DNA of 36,016 nucleotides, taken from positions 1 to 36,016 of IMG/VR virus record IMGVR_UViG_3300034053_000055; one strand, given 5' to 3'. Source of the DNA: a virus (taxonomy: Duplodnaviria > Caudoviricetes). The notes under the pieces were generated by a model. It worked only from the letters and a program-made list of their open reading frames with translations, did not search any database and was not told the origin of the DNA. The translations under genes and the position numbers were made by a program. Shown in pieces: positions 9,959 through 16,888 of the stretch (positions are counted from its first letter, which is position 1; each line of letters starts with the position of its first letter).

Positions 9959-10033
9959 TGGTGGGCGATGCTGGTGTCGAACCAGCGACCTTCCGCGTGT
10001 GAGGCGGACGCTCTACCGCTGAGCTAATCGCCC
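9959..10033 (-). tRNA. tRNA-Val (anticodon CAC), full length with CCA
   Basis: Minus strand GGGCGATTAGCTCAGCGGTAGAGCGTCCGCCTCACACGCGGAAGGTCGCTGGTTCGACACCAGCATCGCCCACCA forms a complete cloverleaf. Confidence 0.93.
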
Positions 10034-10210
10034 GGATTGCACCGGGAATTGCACCGGAAACCAGAAAACCCGCATGGTTGAGGCAAAAAACCCTGCCGTG
10101 TGAAGGCGTTTGAGGGGTCCTGACCGCCTCGGAAAGTCGCACTACATCGTGATCTGCCCGTCTCCGCGAATCTGTGGGTGGTGTAAAATTACACCGAAAT
10201 TTACACCAGG
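10034..10210. repeat. putative attP arm-type integrase binding repeats (consensus about ATTRCACC)
   Basis: ATTGCACCGG twice (10036, 10048) and GGTGTAAAATTACACCGAAATTTACACC (10180-10207), next to the integrase. Confidence 0.55.
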
Positions 10211-10217
10211 AACGTCA

Positions 10218-10670
10218 ATGCACGAACAGCACGGCCTCACGAAAACGCCACTCTATATGCATTGGAGAGCAATGCGAAATAGATGTTTGGGGACGGATAA
10301 GAATAAGATCAGGCACTACCAGTCAAAGGGCATAAGAATCTGTAAGGAGTGGGATTCTTTCCCGGTATTCATGGCGTGGGCTATAGAACACGGATGGGAA
10401 AAGGGGTTGACTCTCGACAGAATCGATCCCCGTGGAAATTATGAGCCTGCGAATTGCAGATGGGCGACCCCATTGCAGCAAGGGGAGACAAAATCAAATA
10501 AGGCCGTCGTTACTGTCGGAGATGAAACGCTCACGGTAAGCCAGTGGTCGCGCCGCATTGGCATAGGTCTATCGACCCTCTTCCGGCGCTACTACAAAGG
10601 CATAAGAGGTGCGGCCTTTGTCGCTCCTATAGACGCTAAAAAATCAAGGCGCATCACGGCATCAATGTGA
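10218..10670 (+). CDS. HNH-type endonuclease
   Basis: HGLTKTPLY..WRAMRNRC...LTLDRIDPRGNYEPANCRWAT. Lower GC than the backbone. Confidence 0.75.
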   Translation: MHEQHGLTKTPLYMHWRAMRNRCLGTDKNKIRHYQSKGIRICKEWDSFPVFMAWAIEHGWEKGLTLDRIDPRGNYEPANCRWATPLQQGETKSNKAVVTVGDETLTVSQWSRRIGIGLSTLFRRYYKGIRGAAFVAPIDAKKSRRITASM

Positions 10671-11613
10671 TCGCCCGCGAAAGCCCGTCCAGCGCCTCGC
10701 GCTGGCGGTCGATCAGCAGGTGGGCGTAGCGCTCGGTCGTGCGGACGGACGTGTGGCCGAGGATGTCCCGGATGACCTCCAGCGGAGTGCCCATGTTGAT
10801 GAGCAGCGAGGCGCAGGAGTGGCGCAGATCGTGAAAGCGGATCTGCGGCATGCCGGCGGCCTCACGGGCGCGGCGGAAGCCAGTTTTTAGACCCTCGAAG
10901 TTGATCTGCAGCGGAATAAACTTCAGCCACGGCCGCAGCGCCGGGACGATGGGCACGGTACGGTGCCGCAGGGTTTTGGTGTTGCCGGCGAGAATGCGCA
11001 GCGTGTCGCGGCCGATGTCCAAGGCGGTGAGTTTGAGGATTTCGCCGCGCCGGCAGCCGGTGAGCAGGGCGATCCAGATCGCGGCGCGCACCTGCTCGCT
11101 GGCGGCATCAGTGAGCCGGCGCACTTCGGCCAGTCTTAGGTATTCGTGCCGGGCGTTGTTTTCGGCCAGGCGGCGGATCTTGCCGCCGTAGTCGCTGGGC
11201 GTCAAACCGCGCAGGTAGGCAATGGTCAGCGCCTTCTTGACGGTGCCGATGGTCCGGTTGATCGTGGCCGGCGCGTAGTGGCCGCGCATGTCGTCGATCA
11301 TGCGCTGGATGGCGACCGGCGCGTCGCTGGCCCGGCGGCCCATCAGCCAGGGCCCGGCGCGGACGGCATGATGGCGCGCGGTTTCCGGGCTGCGCAGGTG
11401 GTCGGCGTGGGCGAGGTAGAGTTCCATCACCGCCGGCAGCATGGGGTCGCCCGGGATGTGGACGTCGCGCCGGCCGGCGGCGCGGCGCAGTTCGGCCTCT
11501 AGCTGCTTGGCATCACCCGCAGATGTGCCCGGCGGCATGCGTCGGTGTAGGCGGCGCCCGCCGACCATGACCGCGACGTGGCGGCGTCCGTCCTTGTCGA
11601 TCCAGATTGACAC
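10654..11613 (-). CDS. int: tyrosine recombinase (phage integrase)
   Basis: GTG start with GGAG RBS. Catalytic residues: R (TGCRRGE), K (NTKT), HDLRH, LGH, Y (TERYAH). Confidence 0.92.
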   Translation of the reverse strand: MSIWIDKDGRRHVAVMVGGRRLHRRMPPGTSAGDAKQLEAELRRAAGRRDVHIPGDPMLPAVMELYLAHADHLRSPETARHHAVRAGPWLMGRRASDAPVAIQRMIDDMRGHYAPATINRTIGTVKKALTIAYLRGLTPSDYGGKIRRLAENNARHEYLRLAEVRRLTDAASEQVRAAIWIALLTGCRRGEILKLTALDIGRDTLRILAGNTKTLRHRTVPIVPALRPWLKFIPLQINFEGLKTGFRRAREAAGMPQIRFHDLRHSCASLLINMGTPLEVIRDILGHTSVRTTERYAHLLIDRQREALDGLSRAITLMP

Positions 11614-11777
11614 TGGTGCTCCCGTAGCCAGCGCTTGACCTCGTCGAGATTGTAGCGCTTGCCGCGCCGGCCGATCGGTGTGTAGGGCAGTCCGTCCAGT
11701 TCCAGGCGCCGGACGGTGCTTTCGCTGATGGCCAGGGCGGCGCAGAGCTGCTGCCGGCTGAGGTCTGCGGTCAGCAT
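11499..11777 (-). CDS. xis: excisionase-like HTH protein
   Basis: LSRQQLCAALAISESTVRRL...RYNLDEVKRWL, overlapping the int start. Confidence 0.75.
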   Translation of the reverse strand: MLTADLSRQQLCAALAISESTVRRLELDGLPYTPIGRRGKRYNLDEVKRWLREHQCQSGSTRTDAATSRSWSAGAAYTDACRRAHLRVMPSS

Positions 11778-12379
11778 GTGATGATCCGATCCAGCGGGCT
11801 CTGTACGCCGCGCCCGCCGCGGTTGAGGACGTGGGTGTCTCTCGATATGGCGGCCGAGAAAGCCCCGTGCAAGACAACGGAAGCGCCAATAAACGCGGCG
11901 GCGGCCTCGGCGGGGGTTGAAAACCGGCCAAGGTAGAGTCGCTTTTTTGTGATGGGCAGTGTAATGCGTGCGGCAAATTTCCCATCTGGGGCGGCGTCGA
12001 CGCCAGTTCCGTGCTTGGATGCTCTAACTCGGTTGGCGATGTTTTGCGCCGGGGTGGCAAGGCGCAGATTTTCTATCCTGTTGTCTGCTGTGTTGCCATT
12101 GATGTGGTCAATATCGCCAACTGGGTACGATTCGTGATGCCAAAGCCAAATGAGGCGGTGAACCTTGAATCGATGCCCCAACAGATATACGCCGGAATAT
12201 CTCTGTGACTTCTGTCCGCCAACAGCATCCCCTGGCTTCTTTGTGATGTTTCGCAGTGGAGCTTTCCACACAAAACAGCCGGCAACCGCGTTGTATGAAA
12301 ATCTCCGCCGCATTTCTGCGAGCAGCACATCGTCTGTTGGCCTCGATCTGGTCCGACGCGCGGTTTCTTGATCAGCCAT
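11771..12379 (-). CDS. HNH endonuclease with AP2 domain
   Basis: HRLIW..IDHINGNTADNRIENLR followed by GV...FAARI..LYLGRFSTPAEAAAA. Confidence 0.85.
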   Translation of the reverse strand: MADQETARRTRSRPTDDVLLAEMRRRFSYNAVAGCFVWKAPLRNITKKPGDAVGGQKSQRYSGVYLLGHRFKVHRLIWLWHHESYPVGDIDHINGNTADNRIENLRLATPAQNIANRVRASKHGTGVDAAPDGKFAARITLPITKKRLYLGRFSTPAEAAAAFIGASVVLHGAFSAAISRDTHVLNRGGRGVQSPLDRIITC

Positions 12380-12665
12380 GATTGGCCTCCTTCGGATTAG
12401 GTAAACCAAGCACTTCGCGCAGATCGTCAATCAGCTTGACGAGCGTTTCGCTCTGGCCGTCGCAGGTATTGCTCCAGTCCGAGGCGAGGTAGCTGCCCAC
12501 GCTGGCGAGTTTGGAAGTCAGGGAGTATTCGTTGCCGTCGAGCTTCCGGATGGCGTCGAACATTGATTGCAGGTCGCTGAAACACGACTGCATCAGGTGG
12601 GTGGTGTTGTGGGCTTCGGTGACGGCCTGACGGGCGGCGTCAACCAGTACGGCGTGTGGGCGCAT
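12372..12665 (-). CDS. hypothetical protein downstream of the C4/ash leader
   Basis: AGAGGA RBS before ATG 12665. 97 aa, helical, overlapping the HNH start. Confidence 0.55.
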   Translation of the reverse strand: MRPHAVLVDAARQAVTEAHNTTHLMQSCFSDLQSMFDAIRKLDGNEYSLTSKLASVGSYLASDWSNTCDGQSETLVKLIDDLREVLGLPNPKEANHG

Positions 12666-12714
12666 AGCGGTAGTCCTCTGAAAACGGTTTGCGTTTTCCG
12701 CTCTCCCGACGCCA

Positions 12715-12796
12715 ATCGGGTGGGCGGAACCGTGCAGGTTGGCGTACCGGTCAGAGGGCCGGCGCGGGTTTCCCCGCCCCACACGGCCCGCCCATA
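12715..12796 (-). promoter_or_regulatory. C4 antisense target region (c4-a1b1/ash-like leader)
   Basis: GGGCGGGCCGTGTGGG...GGTACGCCAACCTGCACGGTTCCGCCC hairpin. Its ACGCCAA is complementary to the C4 loop TTGGCGT. Confidence 0.65.
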
Positions 12797-12801
12797 GGAC
12801 T

Positions 12802-12900
12802 TGCCGCGTACTGCGCACAAAAAAGCCTCGACATGAGAATGCGAGGCTGTGCGCCTCTGATACCAGGACGCCAATCCTGACCGCTGGATTTACAGCGGCA
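12802..12900 (-). ncRNA. C4-type antisense RNA (P1 C4 / P4 CI family)
   Basis: Three hairpins: CCGCTG/CAGCGG, CAGGA-TTGGCG-TCCTG, GCGCACAGCCTCG/CGAGGC(T)nGTGCGC. Has its own upstream promoter. Confidence 0.7.
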
Positions 12901-12905
12901 GGCGA

Positions 12906-12934
12906 ACGGTACGCCGCGAAAATCGTCATGTCAA
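12906..12934 (-). promoter_or_regulatory. sigma70 promoter for the C4 RNA
   Basis: TTGACA-17 bp-TACCGT directly upstream of the RNA. Confidence 0.65.
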
Positions 12935-12953
12935 CTTCAGCTATCTGCATGCC

Positions 12954-13044
12954 GCCTAACTCGTCGATGGAAAGCACGCCGCGCGGTAATGTGGTGGTGA
13001 GTGAAAGACATCATGGCGCGGCGGCTTTCATCTCTGCGTTCGGC
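12954..13044 (+). mobile_element. integron attC site A
   Basis: R'' GCCTAAC, 5 bp spacer, L'' GATGGAAA vs L' TTTCATC (one extra base), extrahelical A in GCACGCC, R' GTTCGGC. Confidence 0.8.
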
Positions 13045-13628
13045 GTCTCAAGAACGCCCGTCACTTCGTTGCCCATCGCTGTCCATCCTTCGCGGACTCG
13101 GCGCGCAAACATTTCGTGGTAATCGCCGGGGCTCACGCGCTCCACCATCTCGTAGAACTCTTCCGGCTTTTCGCTGTGCCGGCCGCGGGGCCACTGAAAC
13201 CACGTCCCGCGCGTCTTGCCGAACGCATTGCCGGCCGGGCCACCCTTCCGGCACAGCAGAACTTGCTCGGAGTTGCATTGAAACTGCCCGGTCCCATAGC
13301 CAGGCTTGCACCACGTCAGCGTCTGCTGCGGCTCAAAGCCCCACGCCCGCGCAACGCGCACGGCCCAATCCAAATGCTGGTTCAGCGCCCACAGGTACAG
13401 GTGCGCTTTCGGCTCTGTCTCGGGCCGCATGGCCTCTATCGCATCAACCGTCAGCAGCGGGTAATACCGCTGCGGCCCTGCGCGGTACGGACCTTCGCGC
13501 CGGCCTACGGTGTTTCGGTGCAGGCTCGGCCACCAGGGCGGGTCGGCCACCACTGTTCGCGGGAGCCGCCGAACCCGTTGGTCAACCGGACCTGCCGCAA
13601 TCGGAGTTTTCACAAGTTCAGTCTCCAT
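13011..13628 (-). CDS. MT-A70 family N6-adenine methyltransferase
   Basis: VVADPPW catalytic motif, HLYLW, HSEKPEEFY, EMFARR. A GTG at 13613 with GGAG RBS is an alternative start. Confidence 0.88.
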   Translation of the reverse strand: METELVKTPIAAGPVDQRVRRLPRTVVADPPWWPSLHRNTVGRREGPYRAGPQRYYPLLTVDAIEAMRPETEPKAHLYLWALNQHLDWAVRVARAWGFEPQQTLTWCKPGYGTGQFQCNSEQVLLCRKGGPAGNAFGKTRGTWFQWPRGRHSEKPEEFYEMVERVSPGDYHEMFARRVREGWTAMGNEVTGVLETPNAEMKAAAP

Positions 13629-13663
13629 CTGGTGCGGCAGGCCGGTTACCGCCAGCGTTAGGG
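13568..13663 (+). mobile_element. integron attC site B
   Basis: R'' GCCGAAC, L'' GGTCAACC vs L' GGTTACC (extra C), GGACCTGCCGCA/TGCGGCAGGCC stem with extra A, R' GTTAGGG. Confidence 0.88.
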
Positions 13664-13667
13664 GCCT

Positions 13668-13910
13668 TCATTGCGTAGCCACCGCCGGCAGCAAATCGCC
13701 GTTGTCCTCGAAGTCATCGCGCAGGATTTCCAGCGAGTGGTCAGCGGCGACCTCGATCACTTCGCGAAACGACTTGAACCGCTCGCCAGTCGCCGGATTG
13801 ATCTCGGGGGCGCCCATCGCGTGTTTCGTGGCCGCCTTCGCCCAGCCTGGCAGCATCTCGAAAGAGCGGTCCAGTTGGTCAATCAGTGCTGCGCGTTCTT
13901 GTGCTTCCAT
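13668..13910 (-). CDS. hypothetical protein (cassette cargo)
   Basis: 80 aa, AAGGA RBS, stop just before R' of attC B. Confidence 0.7.
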   Translation of the reverse strand: MEAQERAALIDQLDRSFEMLPGWAKAATKHAMGAPEINPATGERFKSFREVIEVAADHSLEILRDDFEDNGDLLPAVATQ

Positions 13911-13911
13911 G

Positions 13912-14241
13912 TCAGTCCTTTCCGGGGCGCTCGGCCCCTAACACGTCATTCGAGAGGGACGCTTCGCCATGAAGCCGGCTCGCGCCCCTCAATTCGGCGT
14001 TGTGCCCCTCGGGTGCCGTCCTGCCAGCGTCGACTTTTGTCGGGGCAATGTGAAAATCGCAATCTCCAGCATTCGGGCAGTCGTCTGGTTCGCACGGGCC
14101 AAGGTATCCGGGCGCGCAGGCCGGGGATGGTTCGCCGCATGGCATCAAGTCGTCCGTCTTGCATGCGCAGCCCCAGTCCGAATAAAGGCCGTCGAAACCT
14201 TCCGCCGTAAGTGCTTTTACTGTTATGTCTCGCAGGTTCAT
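13912..14241 (-). CDS. Cys-rich hypothetical phage protein (cassette cargo)
   Basis: GGAG RBS. GFDGLY..GCACKTDDLMPCGEP..C.PGY. The C-terminus is translated attC C. Confidence 0.7.
   Translation of the reverse strand: MNLRDITVKALTAEGFDGLYSDWGCACKTDDLMPCGEPSPACAPGYLGPCEPDDCPNAGDCDFHIAPTKVDAGRTAPEGHNAELRGASRLHGEASLSNDVLGAERPGKD
13936..14005 (+). mobile_element. integron attC site C
   Basis: R'' CCCTAAC, ACGTC spacer, ATTCGAGAGGGACGC...GCGCCCCTCAAT, R' GTTGTGC. Confidence 0.85.
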
Positions 14242-14266
14242 TTCTGTCTCCGTTGTCAGCGCCGGG

Positions 14267-14337
14267 GCACAACCCGTCACTCGTGTGGGACCTGCCGCGA
14301 TAAAGCCGCGTCAGGTCCCACAGTTCTAGCGTTGTGC
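14267..14337 (+). mobile_element. integron attC site D
   Basis: R'' GCACAAC, CCGTC spacer, ACTCGTGTGGGACCTG...CAGGTCCCACAGT, R' GTTGTGC. Confidence 0.85.
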
Positions 14338-14609
14338 CCCAAAGCCTTCGCAACCGCCGCCTCAGCCATCGCCACTGCTTTTTCGGTGTGCGCAAAGAGC
14401 AGCTCTTGGAGCGCGGCCAGAAGGTCAGGCGCTGCGGCCATCAAATGTGCGTCGACGGCGGCACATTCATCGTGGTGGCCTAGACTCACAATACGGACGC
14501 GATCGGTTTCCACTGCGTAGCCTCGGGAGTCGAGCGCCACAAACCAGGTTCCTAGCGTTCGCTTGACTTCCAAATCATGCGGCGCTCTTGCGGTTCTGTT
14601 GGGTTCCAT
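14277..14609 (-). CDS. hypothetical phage early protein
   Basis: DAHLMAAAPDLLAALQEL...AEAAVAKALG motif common in phage early genes. The C-terminus reads through attC D. Confidence 0.7.
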   Translation of the reverse strand: MEPNRTARAPHDLEVKRTLGTWFVALDSRGYAVETDRVRIVSLGHHDECAAVDAHLMAAAPDLLAALQELLFAHTEKAVAMAEAAVAKALGHNARTVGPDAALSRQVPHE

Positions 14610-14848
14610 TACCCTCTCCTCATTTCGCGAGTCCGTCCCCACTCCCTCGCCTCCCGCACCGCCCGCTCCAGCGAGAAATCCCGCCCATGCGGCCGATTCC
14701 ACGCCTCCACCGCGGCTGAAACGTCGTCGCAGACCGGCCCGACGCACCCGCACTCCGGGCAGCAGATCGCGTAGCGCCCGGGCGACACCTCATCGACCTC
14801 AACGTCATCGTGGTCGCAGAACGGGCAGGCGTGGATTTCAATTTTCAT
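14609..14848 (-). CDS. Lar-family restriction alleviation protein (zinc ribbon)
   Basis: CPFC...CPECGCVGP...AVEAWNR. Confidence 0.75.
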   Translation of the reverse strand: MKIEIHACPFCDHDDVEVDEVSPGRYAICCPECGCVGPVCDDVSAAVEAWNRPHGRDFSLERAVREAREWGRTREMRRG

Positions 14849-15308
14849 CGTTCCACCTGGCATACGTCAGGGGCCGCTGCTTCGTCACCACGCACTGCCC
14901 GCGGGCGGCCAGCCGCGCCATGGCGCTGCGGGCCGTGTTGTGATTGACGTCGGCCGCCGCGGCGATGGCGCAGACGGTGCCGGGCATCGCCGCCAGCAGC
15001 GCGGCATCCATGGCCGCCCGCGCCTTCTCGGTGACCGATTGGTCGTCGTAGACCGCGCCCGGCATCGGCCGGAAGCGCATTGGTCGGCCGCCGAACTGCA
15101 CGGCACCACCGTCGACCAGCTTCATCAGATGATGTCTCGCCGCCCGGTTCCTGCAGCCGAGTGCCCTGGCCACCTCCTGAATCGTCGCCGGCAGCAGCTC
15201 CATGATCCGTCGCCGGATCACGCAGCCGCGTGTCGGCGCCCGGCGCGGAGGTGCCGGTAGTGCCCCGCCCGCCCGGGCGGACAGACTGGCGATCTGCTCG
15301 GCCCACAT
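14838..15308 (-). CDS. tandem winged-HTH DNA-binding protein
   Basis: Two HTH-like repeats: PATIQEVARALG...RHHLMKL and PGTVCAIAAAADV...RSAMARL. Confidence 0.55.
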   Translation of the reverse strand: MWAEQIASLSARAGGALPAPPRRAPTRGCVIRRRIMELLPATIQEVARALGCRNRAARHHLMKLVDGGAVQFGGRPMRFRPMPGAVYDDQSVTEKARAAMDAALLAAMPGTVCAIAAAADVNHNTARSAMARLAARGQCVVTKQRPLTYARWNDEN

Positions 15309-15655
15309 CAGCCGGGTCTCCCGACCGGAATTTCATCGACCCCGCGGCAGGCCAGGTAGGTGCGGTTGCCCGCGCTGTCCTCGTAGTAGTGTCCGCTCGC
15401 CCGGCCGTTCAGGCAGGCCAGCAGCGCCGCCTGGTTGAGGTCCGCGCGAGTCTGCTGGCGCTCGGCCTCGGCGCGCAGCGCGTCGCGGTAGTCCATCTCG
15501 CCGACGATGCCGTACACCACCAGCATCAGCAGCAGCGTCAGCGCGATCTGCCAGGTGCCGATGGCGTCGTCGTGCGCCTCGGCCAGCGTCGGCCGGCGGG
15601 CCTCCCAGCGCAGGCCCCGGGAAAGGCGCCAGCGGTCGATCATCCGGGTCAGCAT
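15308..15655 (-). CDS. hypothetical membrane protein
   Basis: Single TM segment (IALTLLLMLVVYGIVG), coupled to its neighbours. Confidence 0.6.
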   Translation of the reverse strand: MLTRMIDRWRLSRGLRWEARRPTLAEAHDDAIGTWQIALTLLLMLVVYGIVGEMDYRDALRAEAERQQTRADLNQAALLACLNGRASGHYYEDSAGNRTYLACRGVDEIPVGRPG

Positions 15656-15897
15656 GGCACGGCCTCCAGTTCGCGTTTCGCCCGCGCCAGGGCAGCCTCG
15701 GCGATGATCCGGTGCAGCATGTTGGCGCCGTAGTGATGGAGCTGGCTGGTCGATGGGTGGCGGGCGATGTTGGCGATCGCCTGCGTCATCGCCTTGTGCC
15801 GCTCGCCACCGGCCGCCTGGATTTCCTCGATCAGCTCGACGACGGCCAGTTCGTCGTAGAGCATGTCCGCGGCCAGGCTGTGGATGGTGGCGTTCAT
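15649..15897 (-). CDS. hypothetical protein
   Basis: MNATIHSLAADMLYDE..., ATGA overlap with the upstream gene. Confidence 0.55.
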   Translation of the reverse strand: MNATIHSLAADMLYDELAVVELIEEIQAAGGERHKAMTQAIANIARHPSTSQLHHYGANMLHRIIAEAALARAKRELEAVPC

Positions 15898-16277
15898 GAC
15901 ACCACCAGCGGGCCCTGCACGATGGGCGTGCAGAAGCGCTTCATCACCGGCAGGCAGTAGCCGCTCGCCCGAGCATAACGCTCGGCCGACTCGATCGCCG
16001 CCGGGATGCTGGCGGCCGTCTCGGTCGACGTCCAGGTGGTGCCGTCGCGAAAGTGCAGACGGACTCGGTATTCCTGCATGGTGTTGTCCTCCAGGTCGAG
16101 CCGGCCCTGCGCCGGCGAAAGACGACGCCGGGCCCGCGCCCGCGCCGCCAGGGTCAAAGCCGTCCGCATCACCGGCGTGGCCACCGCTCGGGCGAAACTC
16201 CACCCCTGCCGCCAGATCCCGGCGCGGCGGTAGCTTTCCTGCAGGTCGGCGGTGGTGATGGGGGTGGTGCTAGACAT
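15894..16277 (-). CDS. hypothetical early protein
   Basis: GGAGG RBS before ATG 16277. A second GGAGG/ATG at 16079 suggests an internal start. Confidence 0.55.
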   Translation of the reverse strand: MSSTTPITTADLQESYRRAGIWRQGWSFARAVATPVMRTALTLAARARARRRLSPAQGRLDLEDNTMQEYRVRLHFRDGTTWTSTETAASIPAAIESAERYARASGYCLPVMKRFCTPIVQGPLVVS

Positions 16278-16779
16278 CACCCACCTCCATGGCAAGCCAG
16301 ATCGCCCAGGCCATGTCATAGTCACTGTTCAGGCAGCGGACCTCGCCGGCAATGCCGAGCCCGGCCGCGGATTCCGTGATGACGATGGGGGGAGTCAAAT
16401 GCAAATCGAAAGCCGCCTTGTTCCGCAACCCGGCCAGCAGTGGTACCTGCTCCTCGACACGACAGTCGATGGGCGCGAGCTGGTAGCGACCTTGATCGTC
16501 GGCGACCAGCGCAAGCAGAAGGTAAGCGCCACCGGCGCCGAGTGCCTGCGGCGACTCGCCGAATATCACCAGCGGCGCTTCCCGCAAGGTCGCCTGCTGG
16601 AAATCGAAATCCGCCTGCGCGACCACCTCGAGGCACGGGTGCAGGTCGCGCTGGAGTCGGCCCAGCAGGGCGACGCCCTCGTCTTCTGGTGCCGCGATCA
16701 GCAGCTTTACGACGCGGTATTCCCGTGCCTGGGCTTCGTCGCCTGATGCGGTAGTGATGGGGGTGAACGGGTAGGGCAT
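16270..16779 (-). CDS. possible first PL gene (leaderless), antisense to 16399-16746
   Basis: ATG 6 nt after the PL -10 box and stop coupled to the next gene, but the central part may be a shadow ORF. Confidence 0.35.
   Translation of the reverse strand: MPYPFTPITTASGDEAQAREYRVVKLLIAAPEDEGVALLGRLQRDLHPCLEVVAQADFDFQQATLREAPLVIFGESPQALGAGGAYLLLALVADDQGRYQLAPIDCRVEEQVPLLAGLRNKAAFDLHLTPPIVITESAAGLGIAGEVRCLNSDYDMAWAIWLAMEVGDV
16399..16746 (+). CDS. hypothetical protein (accessory, opposite to the early operon)
   Basis: GGGGGAG RBS, GC-rich third codon positions, 115 aa. Confidence 0.6.
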   Translation: MQIESRLVPQPGQQWYLLLDTTVDGRELVATLIVGDQRKQKVSATGAECLRRLAEYHQRRFPQGRLLEIEIRLRDHLEARVQVALESAQQGDALVFWCRDQQLYDAVFPCLGFVA

Positions 16780-16785
16780 GGACGA

Positions 16786-16826
16786 AGCCTAGCGGAACGC
16801 TAGAAGCCTGTCAAGCAGGGCGCTAG
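16786..16826 (-). promoter_or_regulatory. PL promoter with operators OL1 and OL2
   Basis: TTGACA-17-TAGGCT. Operator palindromes CTAGCGgaaCGCTAG (16789-16803) and CAAGCAgggCGCTAG (16812-16826). Confidence 0.8.
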
Positions 16827-16836
16827 ACTTTCGTGT

Positions 16837-16863
16837 AAAAAAAACCCGCCGAATGGCGGGGGC
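16837..16863 (-). terminator. rho-independent terminator of the repressor operon
   Basis: CCCGCC-ATTC-GGCGGG followed by a T run on the minus strand. Confidence 0.75.
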
Positions 16864-16888
16864 AGCAGCTTGCTTCGAAAGTATTTGA

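Noticed and set aside
11614-12060. N-terminal extension of the integrase in the ORF track
   Set aside because: Overlaps xis and HNH and is low complexity. A GTG with RBS at 11613 gives a normal-sized integrase.
12666-12977. Ash-like N-terminal extension of ORF 12372-12977
   Set aside because: Better explained as promoter, C4 RNA and target. Translation cannot be excluded.
12954-14337. Hairpins interpreted as terminators or a CRISPR array
   Set aside because: No U-tracts, the sequences differ from each other, and spacing is gene-sized. The attC architecture fits better.
14340-14900. Fifth attC site to the right of site D
   Set aside because: No GCACAAC-type R'' or attC hairpin found, so the array appears to end inside a resident gene
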